DNA from: Laetmonice hystrix
Lineage: Eukaryota
Direction: 5' to 3'
DNA: 64,000 bases
Assembly (NCBI GenBank): GCA_965235115.1
Contig: OZ249439.1
Location: 18,228,001 to 18,292,000, forward strand
In this document: in pieces, positions 26,251 to 39,186 of the stretch
Position numbering within the stretch: the first letter of the stretch is position 1
Layout of the letters: each line of letters begins with the position of its first letter
The notes under the pieces: generated by a model
Seen by the model: the letters and a program-made list of their open reading frames with translations, nothing else
Databases searched by the model: none
Told to the model about the DNA's origin: nothing
Program-made: the position numbers and the translations under genes

Positions 26251-28710
26251 CTACAGACACACATCACGTTGGAAAACCACGTTCAGCCAACCTGACCAAA
26301 TCCCGCTCCAAGTATTTTAATGGCTAACTCCATTGCCGAGCCCCAGGCCGAGGGAGAAATGTATTCTCAAAATAGTACATATCATCCCTGATTATATAGT
26401 CATAGTCTGTGGTCACACTGAACCGTACTGCTATAAGGTCGCATATAGAACGTTGGTGTTGACTCCCCGCCATCACAAAGATCGAACCCCCAATAAAATG
26501 CACATTAAAGTGACATTAACTCTTTTTCGTGACTATATATTTGGTTTTGGTACATTCCGAACTGTACAACGACACAGCAATCAAACATAAACTTGCCATC
26601 CCAGCTTGGGATAGCAGCCTATATGGTCGATACCGTCGTCTGGGAGGTGTCAAACGATTGCACGTACCACTGCATTAAACCATAAAATCATGGCTTCAAA
26701 TCGACTTGCCTCGATTGTCAAGGGACCATAGCCGTAAGCCCCTGGTCCTCCCCAGACAATTACCATAGGCTCTACTTCATCTTCCATAACACAGGTCTTA
26801 TACTATAGATGATGTAGAGTTGAACAGCTCCACCGTTTCTGTAACACTTTAATTTATTCAACAACATGACTGCCCACTCCATCTCGGTCCGAACACAGCA
26901 GATCTGATGGATTTTCAGAATTGATTTTTTTACAGATTCAAATGGCATGACCTTATTTTCCACTTTATATAGCTGAATATGAACCTGCCGACGGAATGTG
27001 CCCTATATTAAGTTTAATTGCATCCTCTTTTTATGCCTGAAATAAAATCTTTTCTATGGTATACGTGAACACGGTTAGCAACCCATCCAGGGAAAATAGC
27101 ATTCGTTCTACTTCTTCACAATTACACGGCACAAACATGGGCGCGCGCTGTCTGATTCCTGAGTACGAGGGCTATAAGGTTTCGCACGAGTTCCTAGTGT
27201 TGATCAATATGTTCACGTAAAGTTAGGGGTGGTCCATATCGGGTCACTGCTCACAAACAACACTGAATCACTGACGTGTACAAAGAGAGGACTACACTGT
27301 ATGATCTTACCGTGGTTGAAAGAGACGTAACAATAAATGGGCCTCAACCATACTAGACGACCGGAGTCTTGTGAATGACAGTGAGTATATTACAAGAGCG
27401 TTTCTGTATAAATTTTCCGCTTTTCAAAACGATCCTCGTAACAGATGCATGGGATGACAATAACAGAACACTTACATATGCTTAAATATACGACTGCCAT
27501 TACGAAAAACCGTCACATCTCGAATTTATGGGAGACTAAATATGTGCACTGACGATTTCATGATACGGACTTTCGTAGGCATTTCAATAAATTTGATCTA
27601 AAATTCACTGATTACGAAAAGATGAGGTGGAAGGTAGAAGGGAAGCGGTAGATGTAAAACCATCTGGTAAATTACCTGTGCTTCTTTTAATCGCCCCCAC
27701 ATCCACCGCTGACAAAGGTGACATTTACCATCTTCCAAACTCTTGCACAATGTGTATCTCCTCATGATGAAACCTCAACATGTGCACTTCCCTTTTTTCA
27801 TTTAACAAAATACTTATTAAATGTCTAGTCACATTGTTAACCCACATCATTATTCTAGCCAACTTCCTTTATATGTATGTCAGATTTTGAAACCACTTTC
27901 AAATATACAGCACTGTTGGATTACACTTCTTTCAAGTACAATACTTACATTAAATTTCTGACTAACTTCAAAACTGGTACCTTAGCCTAATATGCCAAAA
28001 TAAATCTACCAACATTTTAATAAAGTATTAGGGATTGGGGGTCAGCGAGTAAGGAAACCATGGACTACTCTCACCTGATGAAGCTGACCCCCACTGACAG
28101 TCTGCCACAGTCGGGATCACATGATCTCGTCATGTTCTACAGCCTAGGAAACCTGTGAATAAGTTCTATGACCTAGTTTAATCGGGTTGATCGATGATTT
28201 GTACATCCATCTACCTGGCATCACCAAGTACATATACCTAACGAACTGATGCCTTCGGGGATTTGGCAGTCACTAGAAGACAACACATATGAAATAGATA
28301 GAGGCCTTCAAAACATTTTGTCCGTAACTGTTCTATTTAACTCCCCCATACTGACTGAGGTTCTGGGGACTATGACTATCGGTTATCTGAAAGTGGTCAC
28401 CTACTTACTGACAGGTCTGAATGATCATTTCTATCTTAAATTTTAAATTAGAAAAACAGAATTTGCTGAATAAGTCAGTGGACTCTAGTTATTTTGGTAG
28501 AAAGTAGCATTCATAGAAGGAGTTACCGGAAAGACTTTTTCCGACGGGGCGTTCTGTCTTCCTGTAGATTTCACAGATAGAACGTGTTTTACATGACTCC
28601 ATTGTGGCCTGCAGGTAATGGGCTGGCCATCAATTACAATAAACTCACAGTAAAACTGCCCCACTGTTCGCAACCGTCCACGTCAAGCACACAGGTTTCA
28701 TTGACTGTGG

Positions 28711-29118
28711 TCAGAGAGAGAGCAATAGGTCAGGGTAATGTTAGTCCTCATGTTATACATAGGTCACCAATATAACGATCACTCAGAACAAAACTCAGAG
28801 AGAGCACTAGGTCAGGGTAATGTTAGTCCTCATGTTATACATAGGTCACCAATATAACGATCACTCAGAACAGAACTCAGAGAGAGCACTAGGTCAGGGT
28901 AATGTTAGTCCTCATGTTATACATAGGTCACCAATATAACGATCACTCAGAACAGAACTCAGAGAGAGCACTGGGTCAGGGTAATGTTAGTCCTCATGCT
29001 ATACATAGGTCACAGATATAACGATCACTCAGAACAGAACTCAGAGAGAGCAAATGGTCAGGGTAATGTTAGTCCTCATGTTATACATAGGTCACCAATA
29101 TAACGATCACTCAGAACA
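28711..29118. repeat. 82-bp minisatellite, 5 copies
   Basis: GGTCAGGGTAATG starts at 28728, 28810, 28892, 28974 and 29056. Confidence 0.97.
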
Positions 29119-32100
29119 CATTCACAAAATGTTGGTCGGGTTTACCATGATAATTATACAAACCTCATATCACATGTTACACGATTTCGCCAATCTGACG
29201 TACTTGTTAGACGACCATGGCGGGCCGTAGGCCTATCATTCTCAGAGGGCTGCTACTACTTGTACCTTCTCCCACGCCAAACTACACAAACCAGTCAGTA
29301 ATTAATTACGACTGTACAGGTCACTCGATCAATGCCTCAGAGTAATTACTTCGGCTTTCTCTGTCCGTGCATGGTGAGACAAATGCTGCCGGTGATAGAC
29401 TTGGCACAGCTCAAGGCAAACCTGTACATGCCTTGGCGGAACTTTCATCGAACTTTTATCGGTTTATCAAATGTTCACTGACAATCGTCATTGACAGAAA
29501 TAATCTCCGCGTACCTGTCTGCCAGTGTCTGTGGACACAGTTTTCTCGTATCCACCTATGTATAGGTGACTTAGAATCTTTACACTGCCTAAACGAACGA
29601 GAGGTGGACATCATTCTGATAAATACCAACGACACTTCAGCCCAGCAGCAGACAGTGTTATGAAAAGAACAAAAAGCCCCCCACCACAAGGCAGGAACAC
29701 ACTGGGTTCCCTGACAGATTTATCCGTCCGTGCATCTTACTAAGCTATAGTCTATACCAAGCAGTTGGCAAGATCTCAGATGACAGAGTACCAATGCATG
29801 TTCTGTGTTCAAAATAAAAATCTTTTTGATATTCTTTGTCACAGGTGTACATTGGCGAGCATCTAGCAAGCCCATCCTTCCTGCGATCTTTGTTCGCCAT
29901 CTCTTTGTCAAATCCACGATATTATTCAATACGTACATTTATTTTAAAAAGCGCACCATAACATTCTAGGGACCGCCCACAATTAACGTAAAAACATTTA
30001 CCACATAGCTCCGATGCTAGTTTACGTTTATTGCAGCCAACACACGACGTTTACTCGAGGAACTTTTATTATACCCCCACTTAGCTGCTTGATATTTGCT
30101 CACCAAACTTTGCTGAATGACGTCAAGCTTACTTCTAACTACACGGTATGTGCATTTCCTTTCGGGTGAGTGTGACATTCCACATGTTGGGGTGTTGGAA
30201 CTGAACAGAAATAATCTCCCTGTACGCTGTATGAACAAACACATAAATAATTTCCATGACCTCTTTTTCCTGAACTCTCATATCTTCCACCATTAATGAG
30301 GATTTGTACCTGTATAGTATAGCTCCATCTCACTCAGGTATCACCTAATTATCGTGGGTATCTGGGTTTCCAAGGAGACACACCGTTTCCCCTACAAGGC
30401 ACTACGTATGACTTAAACAATCATTGAACGACCCTTACATTTACAACAAGGGATACACCATCATGACTGACCAGGAATTATGACAAACTGTACATGTTGA
30501 AAAAATAACTTAACAAAATAACTAAATCGTTGATCCTTGGCGCTTGCCTCAGTTTGACCGCATTACACATTATTACATAATCAATATCTTTGGTCCCTTC
30601 GTGTTCTATAGATTTTGTCTAGTAGCACAAGATAAGAGAAACGATAACGCCACCCTTCACCTGAGCGCACGCTGCCCGATGACTTCAGGAGACCTGGTAC
30701 GGAGGTTTTCGGTGTGTTTGGATAACCACCAGGTTTTACACTCCAATGACAGTTTGATTGCACAATAGACCTCGATGACAGTAAATCAGTGTGATTTAAG
30801 TGCTGCGATGAGACTTAGGTTATATGTTACAGCAAACATCACATGACGGTCCAGACATACAAGTGGTGCTCATATAGATTTAAGATGTTTGCTCTCCAAG
30901 CGACAACGACGGATCATCTACCATTCACATTCCATCATCATGATGTCAACGTTAAGTCAATCAGTTTTTATGAATCAATATATTGTGGAGCTATTCCATA
31001 AACTCGCCCCGTATTGAGTTGTTTATTGCGCCCTGAGGTTTTGTTTAGTTTCGTCTGTTTTCCACTAGACCTATCCAAAAGTACTTTCTTCTCTATTGTC
31101 CTTCACATGGAAAAAATTCATTTTATAACTCTACCCTTTTACCGTAATGAAAAAAGTTACGCTGTCTCATAAACAATCTTGTAGCTCTCCCAGCTGCTTA
31201 AATATGCTATACCCGCACGCGTGACTAACTTTAGATGTCAAGAAATCAATGGAAAACCTATACTGCAAACGCCACCGTATAACAGTTTCAGTAGATCTGG
31301 GTGACCGACTCTACGTCCCATCCATCTGTTACAACTTATAACAATGACGACGGTCTGAGTTTTTCGGTATACTCTATGATGGTTGTTATATGAAGAAACC
31401 AAACAATTCAAGTACATCTGTACCTGTATAAGCTCACCGTTAAATCGTCTACACCAACAGAATATGCCTCCATCAACATGCCAATATTGCTATATCAGGG
31501 GGGATCCCTAATCTCACTCATGTCGGGTACCGGTAATTACTTAAAAGAAAATAAATTAGTTTCAGAGTCTCTCGTGGATGACTGTACGTGACTCCGTAGC
31601 ATTGGAAAACCTTAATTAACATGATAACAGCTAATACGAGACCTCCCTTGCAAATGCTAAACGATTATTTATGAATTCATCTGAGTCCAGATTACACTTC
31701 ACAATTAGATTTTGTTTTTACAGCTACTGTAGTCATTTTGCTTAGCTCTCTGAAAATAGATCATTCATAAATCTTTCGTCTGACACAGATAAAGACTGGT
31801 GGCACATTCCCATCTCCCGTTCGTCTGGCTGTCCGTCAGAATCTGATATCAATGGCTCTGATTGTCATGACAACATACGTAAGGGGTAGACCCGGCCTGG
31901 TGTAAATAATTCAATCGGAAACTTAACTGAGTGGGGATTAGATCTAATCTGGGCAAGGGCCAGCACTTCCTTCTACACGACAGAAACAATCACCATGCTA
32001 CATTTCTCGGAATTAGGACATTCCCACTTTGAAATACATTTACGATTCGCTCACTTTTTGTCTTGATACTTTGAACATGGGGTGGGGCGGAAATTATACA

Positions 32101-34662
32101 TGTACTTGGATTATTTGCTTTAAGAAATCCCTTAGACATCCACGTACCTGGAAAATTGATAATTCCATTAGGTATAAAAAGAAATGTGCATAATTTGAAA
32201 TAGTAAAATCCACATAGGCACGAGTCGATGGGCTAGGCCAATGTGGCTGGTTGTGGCACGCTGCCCGTAATGGTTCAACCCCCCCCGACCTCACACAACA
32301 TTTATCAACCTAATTCTGTAGGAAATTCTACGGACACAGCATACAATCATGGGACACCCATACTGTGTAAATCAGCTCCATTCTTCAATCAACACAAACG
32401 CATTCTCTATATTTGCAAGCCTTGATATGTTTACTCAGCACATACCCACAGTACCAGAGTACCTTTATTTGATGCCAAGTTCTCTATTGTATTGATGTAT
32501 ATATGCATGATGTTATGAGGGCTGAGGAAACTGGTCATGCTATGGGGCAATCAAACTATACTACTGTATAATTTTCAACCAAATATAACTACAACGTATT
32601 TTATAGGGTAAAACCAAAGAACAAGGGGGCTAATCGGGGATTCCAAGTGGACCATTTCACAATGAAAGCAGTTGTAGATTATGTTAGTGCACGGGAAGTC
32701 GACAATATGAATATTGTCAGAGAAAGCTGTCAATTACTGCCTATAGAAGCCTCTACGTCGTTAACCTATTATAAGATCTTATATTCCGGTAAATCTTGCT
32801 GGTTTTTTTTACCAGCACCACAATACATTGTGTTTTCTGGCTTGGTTCCTGCTGTTCTGTCACCCACTACTCATATTTAGCTATCTGTGCTGACTTGAAT
32901 ATGGGTGTGACCCAAGTAATTGTAGATGTTTACAACTATGACATTTTCTACACTTAATGCTAAATCACTGAATCCATGGCTCTTTTCGTTGGGCGGAATA
33001 AACTTGAATATTTTCATAATTTCATCACGAAAAATATTTCTTGCATTCCGACAAAAAACAAAGATGGGCCGTGTACTCTGCCAACACCCATGACTGACGT
33101 ACGTCAACGGTATGTGGGAAAAGCTCTCAGCAAGCCGACTACTGGTTGGCAGACACAGGGAACAATGGTTGCCAACTGACCCCTACCCTATCCTTCACCA
33201 CAAAACATGGAATCATTCTCACGGACGCCGTGGGTGGACGACAGCAGATCCCGGCCTCTATCAACGTTCAACACCATAGTCGGTAAGGGTCAAGGAGGAT
33301 CCATGATTTTGGGACTTCAAAAGGTCCAATTAAGAAAGCTCTATGAAGAAAAACTAGGCTAGACCTCCGATCTGCACCGGAGGGTGACAGAAATATTGCT
33401 TTGGGTTTCACCCTTTCCCCAATTAACACCCTCCTCCAATCTATCCCCTTTCATATGTCTTTACGTCAGTATAGAGACAGGAATTGACATCCCCTCACCT
33501 CGAAGATTCCACCGTATAGTACGTCTGCACTACGACAACCTCTCTCATTACTACATGTATAAATGGTGTTCTGTCCATCCCCCAAGTGTAGGTTAATCAG
33601 GCATGTACGTACGGGGCTTTGTGGCCACTACCAGCCAACCCTAAACCCCATAACAGACCCCGCCCACAACCCACCCTATTCTACTACTCGGGTTGTTCTA
33701 CTTCCATTATCATAATCACATACAGTGCCACTCCGCTAACATGAAAAACTGCTCCGACATGTCAACCCTGTCAGACCTTTTCTCTGCTTCCAGCCCATTT
33801 ATATGTAACAATCTACATGTCCATGATAATATGGGACCTAGATTGTGTTACTATACCCCATCCCTCAGATCACAACAAGCAAACTGATGCTGTTGGCACC
33901 TGTCATTCAATGTCTGTGGCCTTGGCATACCTGATGAGGATATCACCTGGCTGTTAAATGGACACGGTCAGCCATGCAGTTGTTCCCGTTAACTTCTATC
34001 TCCGAAATCCAAATAAATTCGTACAAATCCTCAAATGTAGCTTCCCGGAGGAGGAGGATGGAATGCTCACCAGTAGCGTGGGTTGATGGAGTTAGATCAA
34101 CTCTGGCTTCAGTGATGACTGAACTCACCTGTAGACTCCTGTATCGACGCCGTCCTGTCACGGTGTGAGTTGGTATAATCACCAGCTGCTCAACTATGAT
34201 AACATCACTGGTATATTGGTCCAGGTAGATGGGTCTGTAAATGGGTACGGTACCCCAAACATACAGAGTTTGGTATCCTCCCGCACGACGGGGGCTGAGA
34301 TCTGGTTCAGGTGAATGCTAGCATCCACATCATCACAAAGCCTGCTAGATTACCGTACACGCTCACCCCCATCAAGGTGTGCGTGAGTGTGGCGTCGTCA
34401 GTCAGTGGTGGCTGCAGCGGGGGCAGTCGATCGTTGATGTCGCGTCGCCGCCGCCAGTCGCTGTCGCCGGCCGATACCAGCGCTGACAGGCGCGACATAT
34501 AGCCACACGTCATCCATAACTAGGCCAGGACCTGGTGAGTGACGCCCGGGTCAGTGGTCGCGTGCAATCAGTCCCGCCCACCTACATCCCAGGGATGTTC
34601 AGAACCACAGAGCTCAGTAAATCCCAGCCTCCAGCCCGTACTAATCCACACCCACTGCTTAC

Positions 34663-34781
34663 CTGGATCCCATCGAGTTAATCCGGTTTTACAAGTGAGC
34701 ATTATGTTTTCACTGGGCGCCCACGCGCCTACACCCTTGTTACACATAAACGTCACATAAACATAAACTTTTACCTCTGAC
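34663..34781 (-). CDS. Candidate exon with Sushi/CCP-like cysteine pattern (VTFMCNKG...IMLTCKTGLTRWDP)
   Basis: GGTATCAG acceptor, CAG|GTAAGC donor, open 119 nt. Resembles the CCP pattern VxYxCxxG...TCxxxGxW. Assessed by eye only. Confidence 0.3.
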
Positions 34782-34854
34782 CTGATACCACAGGGCAAAC
34801 AGGTTCAGGCTGAAAATAAAATTTTATTTGTTTCTTCTTTTTACTGAAAATAAA

Positions 34855-34889
34855 GGGGGGGGGGGGCAACATCGTGGGGGGGGGGGGGG
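34855..34889 (+). other. G12-N9-G14 potential G-quadruplex
   Basis: Two long G runs separated by CAACATCGT. Confidence 0.6.
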
Positions 34890-37219
34890 ACACAAGATGT
34901 CCCAACGAATATTATAGGCTCCAACACAAACACCACCGTCTTATATATCTAATAAGAATGGTTGCTCAAAGACTTTTCAATTGCTAATGCATCAAATGAG
35001 ATCTCCACTTATCAGTTATCTGTTTGAGCTCATTTTAAAGTTTAAACAAATGTTTCTGACTTAAAGAATATAATCGCTCAAGGCAGAGACTGCCTTCTTG
35101 AGCAGCTATAGGCAGGCGGTTCACTGAGTCCTGAGTAATAGACCTGTCTATCCTGCCGGACCAGTTCCACCCACTACCTTGACCTCCTTGGCAATCCTCA
35201 TCCCAGATCAATATGACCAACTGGGTCACCGGCAGGATCCGTGACCGCCCCCCACCCCTCCCTCTGGGATGAGATGGACCTGGCATTCCATACCTCTCCG
35301 TACAATGATTCTGGTGCAACCCGCTGATGGAGACTGCCTTACAGGTAAATGGGTCAGAACCTGACTTGTCATGACAGACATGATTCTGTAGAGGCAATAA
35401 TTATTTTACATTTCTCATTATTTATACAAAAGTCCGTAAATCAGAAGTCGCCGGTATAAAAATGCAAATATGTCACCGTAATTCTCTGAATAGACTCACA
35501 TTAAAAAAAAAAATGCCTGAATGATCATAAGAGACAAAAGAAAAAGTGAAGGAAATTAAGGATCGAAGGAAGGAATGTATGAAAAAAAAACCTGCAAACA
35601 AGATGACCTTTTCAAATCTTTGAATAATTTGTTCAATACAAATATGGGCCTGTATACGCTACACTGGAGAAGTGGCAAAAATGTTAAATCAATATAAACA
35701 ACTCAGATCCCACCTCACGTTTTCCAGGGATTTTCTGGTATGTAATCGTCTGGTCAACAACCTACAAGCAATGCTTGCTTCTATATATTATAGGCCTAAC
35801 GTCTGGGACTGTACATGTTCAGACAGCTAGATCTACATAAGGTATGTTCAGTCCTGGGTAAACAAGCCAGCCAAGTATCACCGGCTGGGCTCACCATGGG
35901 AGCCGTACCATTATGTATGCCGTGCCAACAGGCCACACTTTACATGGCTGTCTAGATCATGTCTTCATCTAACATAATCTGACTTGGTAATGATCTGTCT
36001 GCATACTCTCATGTGTTCACTCATAACAGATGTTCAAAAGTACATGGTCAAACACCCAACCGCTGCACAGTTATGCACGATGGCTCCAGCAGCTCATCAA
36101 CTAGAGCCAGGATAACTTTGTGTGGAATTTATTATCTGCCCCCGGTGGTCTCGTGTAATTATGATATACGACACTGTAATATCAGGCATTATGATATCAC
36201 TAATGAGAACATCAACACTATAGGTTTCTCATCTCTGATAATGAAAATTAATTAGCCAACAAAGTCACCTTATCCTTGGATGATCGTAACGGGAGAGTGT
36301 GTTTGGCCAGAGCTCTGACATGTACCTTCTCCAACCTGATACATCATGTCGAAGTCATGAATTATTCACAAACATCAAGGACGTTCAATGTATATCTCTA
36401 TGTACATTCATGAATAATAACGAAATTTGTCAGACTTCACGACGCGAGGGTTCACCGACCGAGGCGCCGGCCTGTGTCTAACAATACTCTAAATGAGGCA
36501 GCCACGACGAATGTCATCGCAAGGATTCTGACCACATATGATGCGTATGCTCATTGGCATTAATGATATCGTTAACTTGTATAGAAACGAATAGGTACTA
36601 CTCATAACAATTTTATTAACGATTAGTTTTCTATTCACTTTTAACGACATGACCTTACTAAAACGGACCTGATGTCCTGTTCCTATATCCGTACGTCCTT
36701 TACTTAAAACGTTAACTAAAACTCAATATGGCCATGGCTGTTTGGGCGTCACGTCAATTACGTCATTGACAGGTCGACATCTTATAATCACCGAACTGTG
36801 ACAGAAATTCGCAACCATTACAACATTTTAAACATCGTTCTGTCCGTGATGAAACGATCTGTTTAATAATTATGAGTGAACTAACGGATTCATCATTTTA
36901 TGTATTGAATTTGTACTAGGAAAAAAAGACCATCGGTTTAAAGAATATACTACCCGATAACGTATGGTGCAGAACAATTCCTCTAACTGTATCACGGCCT
37001 GCAGCACTTCAATCAAACCAAGCTCTGCCTAGCAACGGATACCTGCCCCTTGCCTCCCGCTGATAGCAAGGCTCAGCCAGATGTCACCTAGATTATAGAG
37101 TGGGTCTATAGAAGGAAAGGTCCTTGTGCATCTGTTCTCCGTCCACCAGCTGTTACCAGTAAAATACTGCCTGCCATGGTCCTCACACCATGCCCTCAGA
37201 TCAGAGGTTCACTCTCTGC

Positions 37220-37334
37220 CCACTCAGGATGGAACTGGTCAGGCACGCTGGTCCCACGGCCAGCTCGCTGACCACTCAGTATGAGACTGGTCAGGCACGC
37301 TGGCATTCACTGACCACTCAGGATTGTACTGTCC
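37220..37334. repeat. Degenerate 42-52 bp tandem repeat, about 2.5 copies
   Basis: CCACTCAG...ACTGGTCAGGCACGCTGG starts at 37220 and 37272, with a partial copy at 37314. Confidence 0.75.
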
Positions 37335-37479
37335 AGTGACCACATGAACCCTCAGACGATTGACATATACGTAATATCTGCTTTTATAGATCGCCCTCAA
37401 ATACTGACATTACCCGCATTCTCATCTCACCAAACCCTTATATGAGATTTTTATACGAGTTACAAAACATTAATAGTTA

Positions 37480-37494
37480 GGCGCCATCTGGTGC
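37480..37494 (-). promoter_or_regulatory. CTCF-like motif
   Basis: Reverse complement GCACCAGATGGCGCC. Motif match only. Confidence 0.4.
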
Positions 37495-38550
37495 TGATCT
37501 CCATCAGTCAACTAGTCCATTTGATAACATGTCAAACATTAGGTAAATCTTACTATTCCTGCATGTATCCATGCCTTAATTCGCCTCATCGTTACACATA
37601 TGTATCTGAGCATTTTTAATATAACAGAACTCGATTATAAAATCAACTTTCTTTGTCGCAACATATAGATAATACTGATAATGCAGTATTTTAAAAGAAC
37701 GACATAAAATGTGTTTCTCATTTTACGTTGGGCGGGGGAGGGGGGGGGGGAGCATACAATTACCGAAAGCAAACTGTAAGTTTGTAAAGTGGACTCTTTA
37801 ACCTCTGCACCTGTTAAGCCAGAGGGTTTAAACCACACGTTTTCATTCTCTATAAATGAGTTCAATAAATCCCGGACACAAAGGCTGCTGATGTCCACCC
37901 ATGCGTTGCCTCCGTAGACACCAAAGCTACCGTGAACCCACGCTGCACATGTCGCTGATAATTTTAAATAAATATTACATTAACCTAGCACGGTTCTTTC
38001 AGTTCTATTGGTCATGTGGCCAGAATTGATCGCCTGAAGTCCTGATAGATGTTTCTGCAAAATGGAAAGCTTTTTTCTGGTGGAAGGTATCATACGTGAA
38101 CGGGAGAGCAGTAGATGATAAAATGGCTTACTTCGGTCTGTAGGTAACTAAAGTACTACGGTATATCCCAAAATGTCTCTGTAAGTACTTTGGAAAAACT
38201 GGGAATCCATTAGTCGAGAGTTAATTGACGTTACGCTTTGAAACGTTGTTTGTGCCAAGAACTACGTGTAGCTGAGCAATTAAAACGTTCTCACATTGTT
38301 CTTCTCAGTGTTTTTCAGAAGTATTTAAGGTGACCCTTTGGCGGGGGAGGGGGGGCATACTGTAGAGTAAACCTACACTGTGTTAAATAACCACCCCTTG
38401 GACCAAGTCACCCTGCTCAACTCTTCACAAATAACTCGCAGTACTACAAACACCTGATGGGTATTTAATTAGAAGGAAGTTTCAACCTTAATATGTTACT
38501 CTCTGCTTTTACCTATTCCCGAGATAAGGAATGTCAGGTCACGCGGATCA

Positions 38551-38721
38551 AATACATTTGACCTTTGTTTCAGCCTGATTCTTAATGCAATTCTTTGGCC
38601 AAGTACCATAACCACAGGTAGCGCCTCCAGTCTCCAGGGCTGCCGATAAAAAACCTCTAGTACATTTCCATGTAAGGTTTCCAGCTCCAGGTGCTCCCTC
38701 CTTGTGACGTCTTGAGGTGTG
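38551..38721 (-). CDS. Stop-free 57-codon frame with Sushi/CCP-like spacing (LTWKCTRGF...GGATCGYGTWPKNC)
   Basis: By-eye resemblance only. It overlaps another open minus-strand frame (38496-38735), and splice sites are unconvincing. Confidence 0.18.
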
Positions 38722-38938
38722 TCAAAGCAGCTCAATGTCTCCAGGAACGTCGCTCATATGCTATGGTAGTCCATCTCCTGGCATAGGAACCGACTCCCGC
38801 AGCCAACACTGACTCAATTCTTTCAAAAGGGGCCTCACACGGCTTACCAAGTCCGATTTCTGTTTGTGACATGAATCTGAAATTTGTCTGGATGGTAAAA
38901 ACTGATAAAACAATAATCGTCATTCTGCCTTTAACGAC

Positions 38939-39186
38939 CTCCACTGCATGGTACCTGGTCAGACCTCGATCTCCACTGCATGGTGTACCTGGTCAGACCT
39001 CGATCTCCACTGCATGGTGTACCTGGTCAGACCTCGATCTCCACTGCATGGTGTACCTGGTCAGACCTCGATCTATACTGCATGGTGTACCTGGTCAGAC
39101 CTCGATCTCCACTGCATGGTGTACCTGGTCAGACCTCGATCTCCACTGCATGGTGTACCTGGTCAGACCTCGATCTCCACTGCATG
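38939..39186. repeat. 34-bp minisatellite, about 7.3 copies
   Basis: Unit CTCCACTGCATGGTGTACCTGGTCAGACCTCGAT. The first copy is 32 bp. Confidence 0.97.

Noticed and set aside
25558-26267. Poly-Pro and poly-Leu ORFs; CRISPR-like repeat-spacer look
   Set aside because: Products of (GAG)n runs. Spacers are not unique sequences, there are no cas genes, and the context is eukaryotic.
27062-27219. 10-bp inverted repeat TACGTGAACA...TGTTCACGTA as a possible TA-flanked MITE
   Set aside because: Too short and does not extend inward; compatible with chance.
38496-38944. Two minus-strand ORFs overlapping by 4 bp like a bacterial operon
   Set aside because: The second relies on a TTG start. No Shine-Dalgarno motif, no recognisable product, eukaryotic context.
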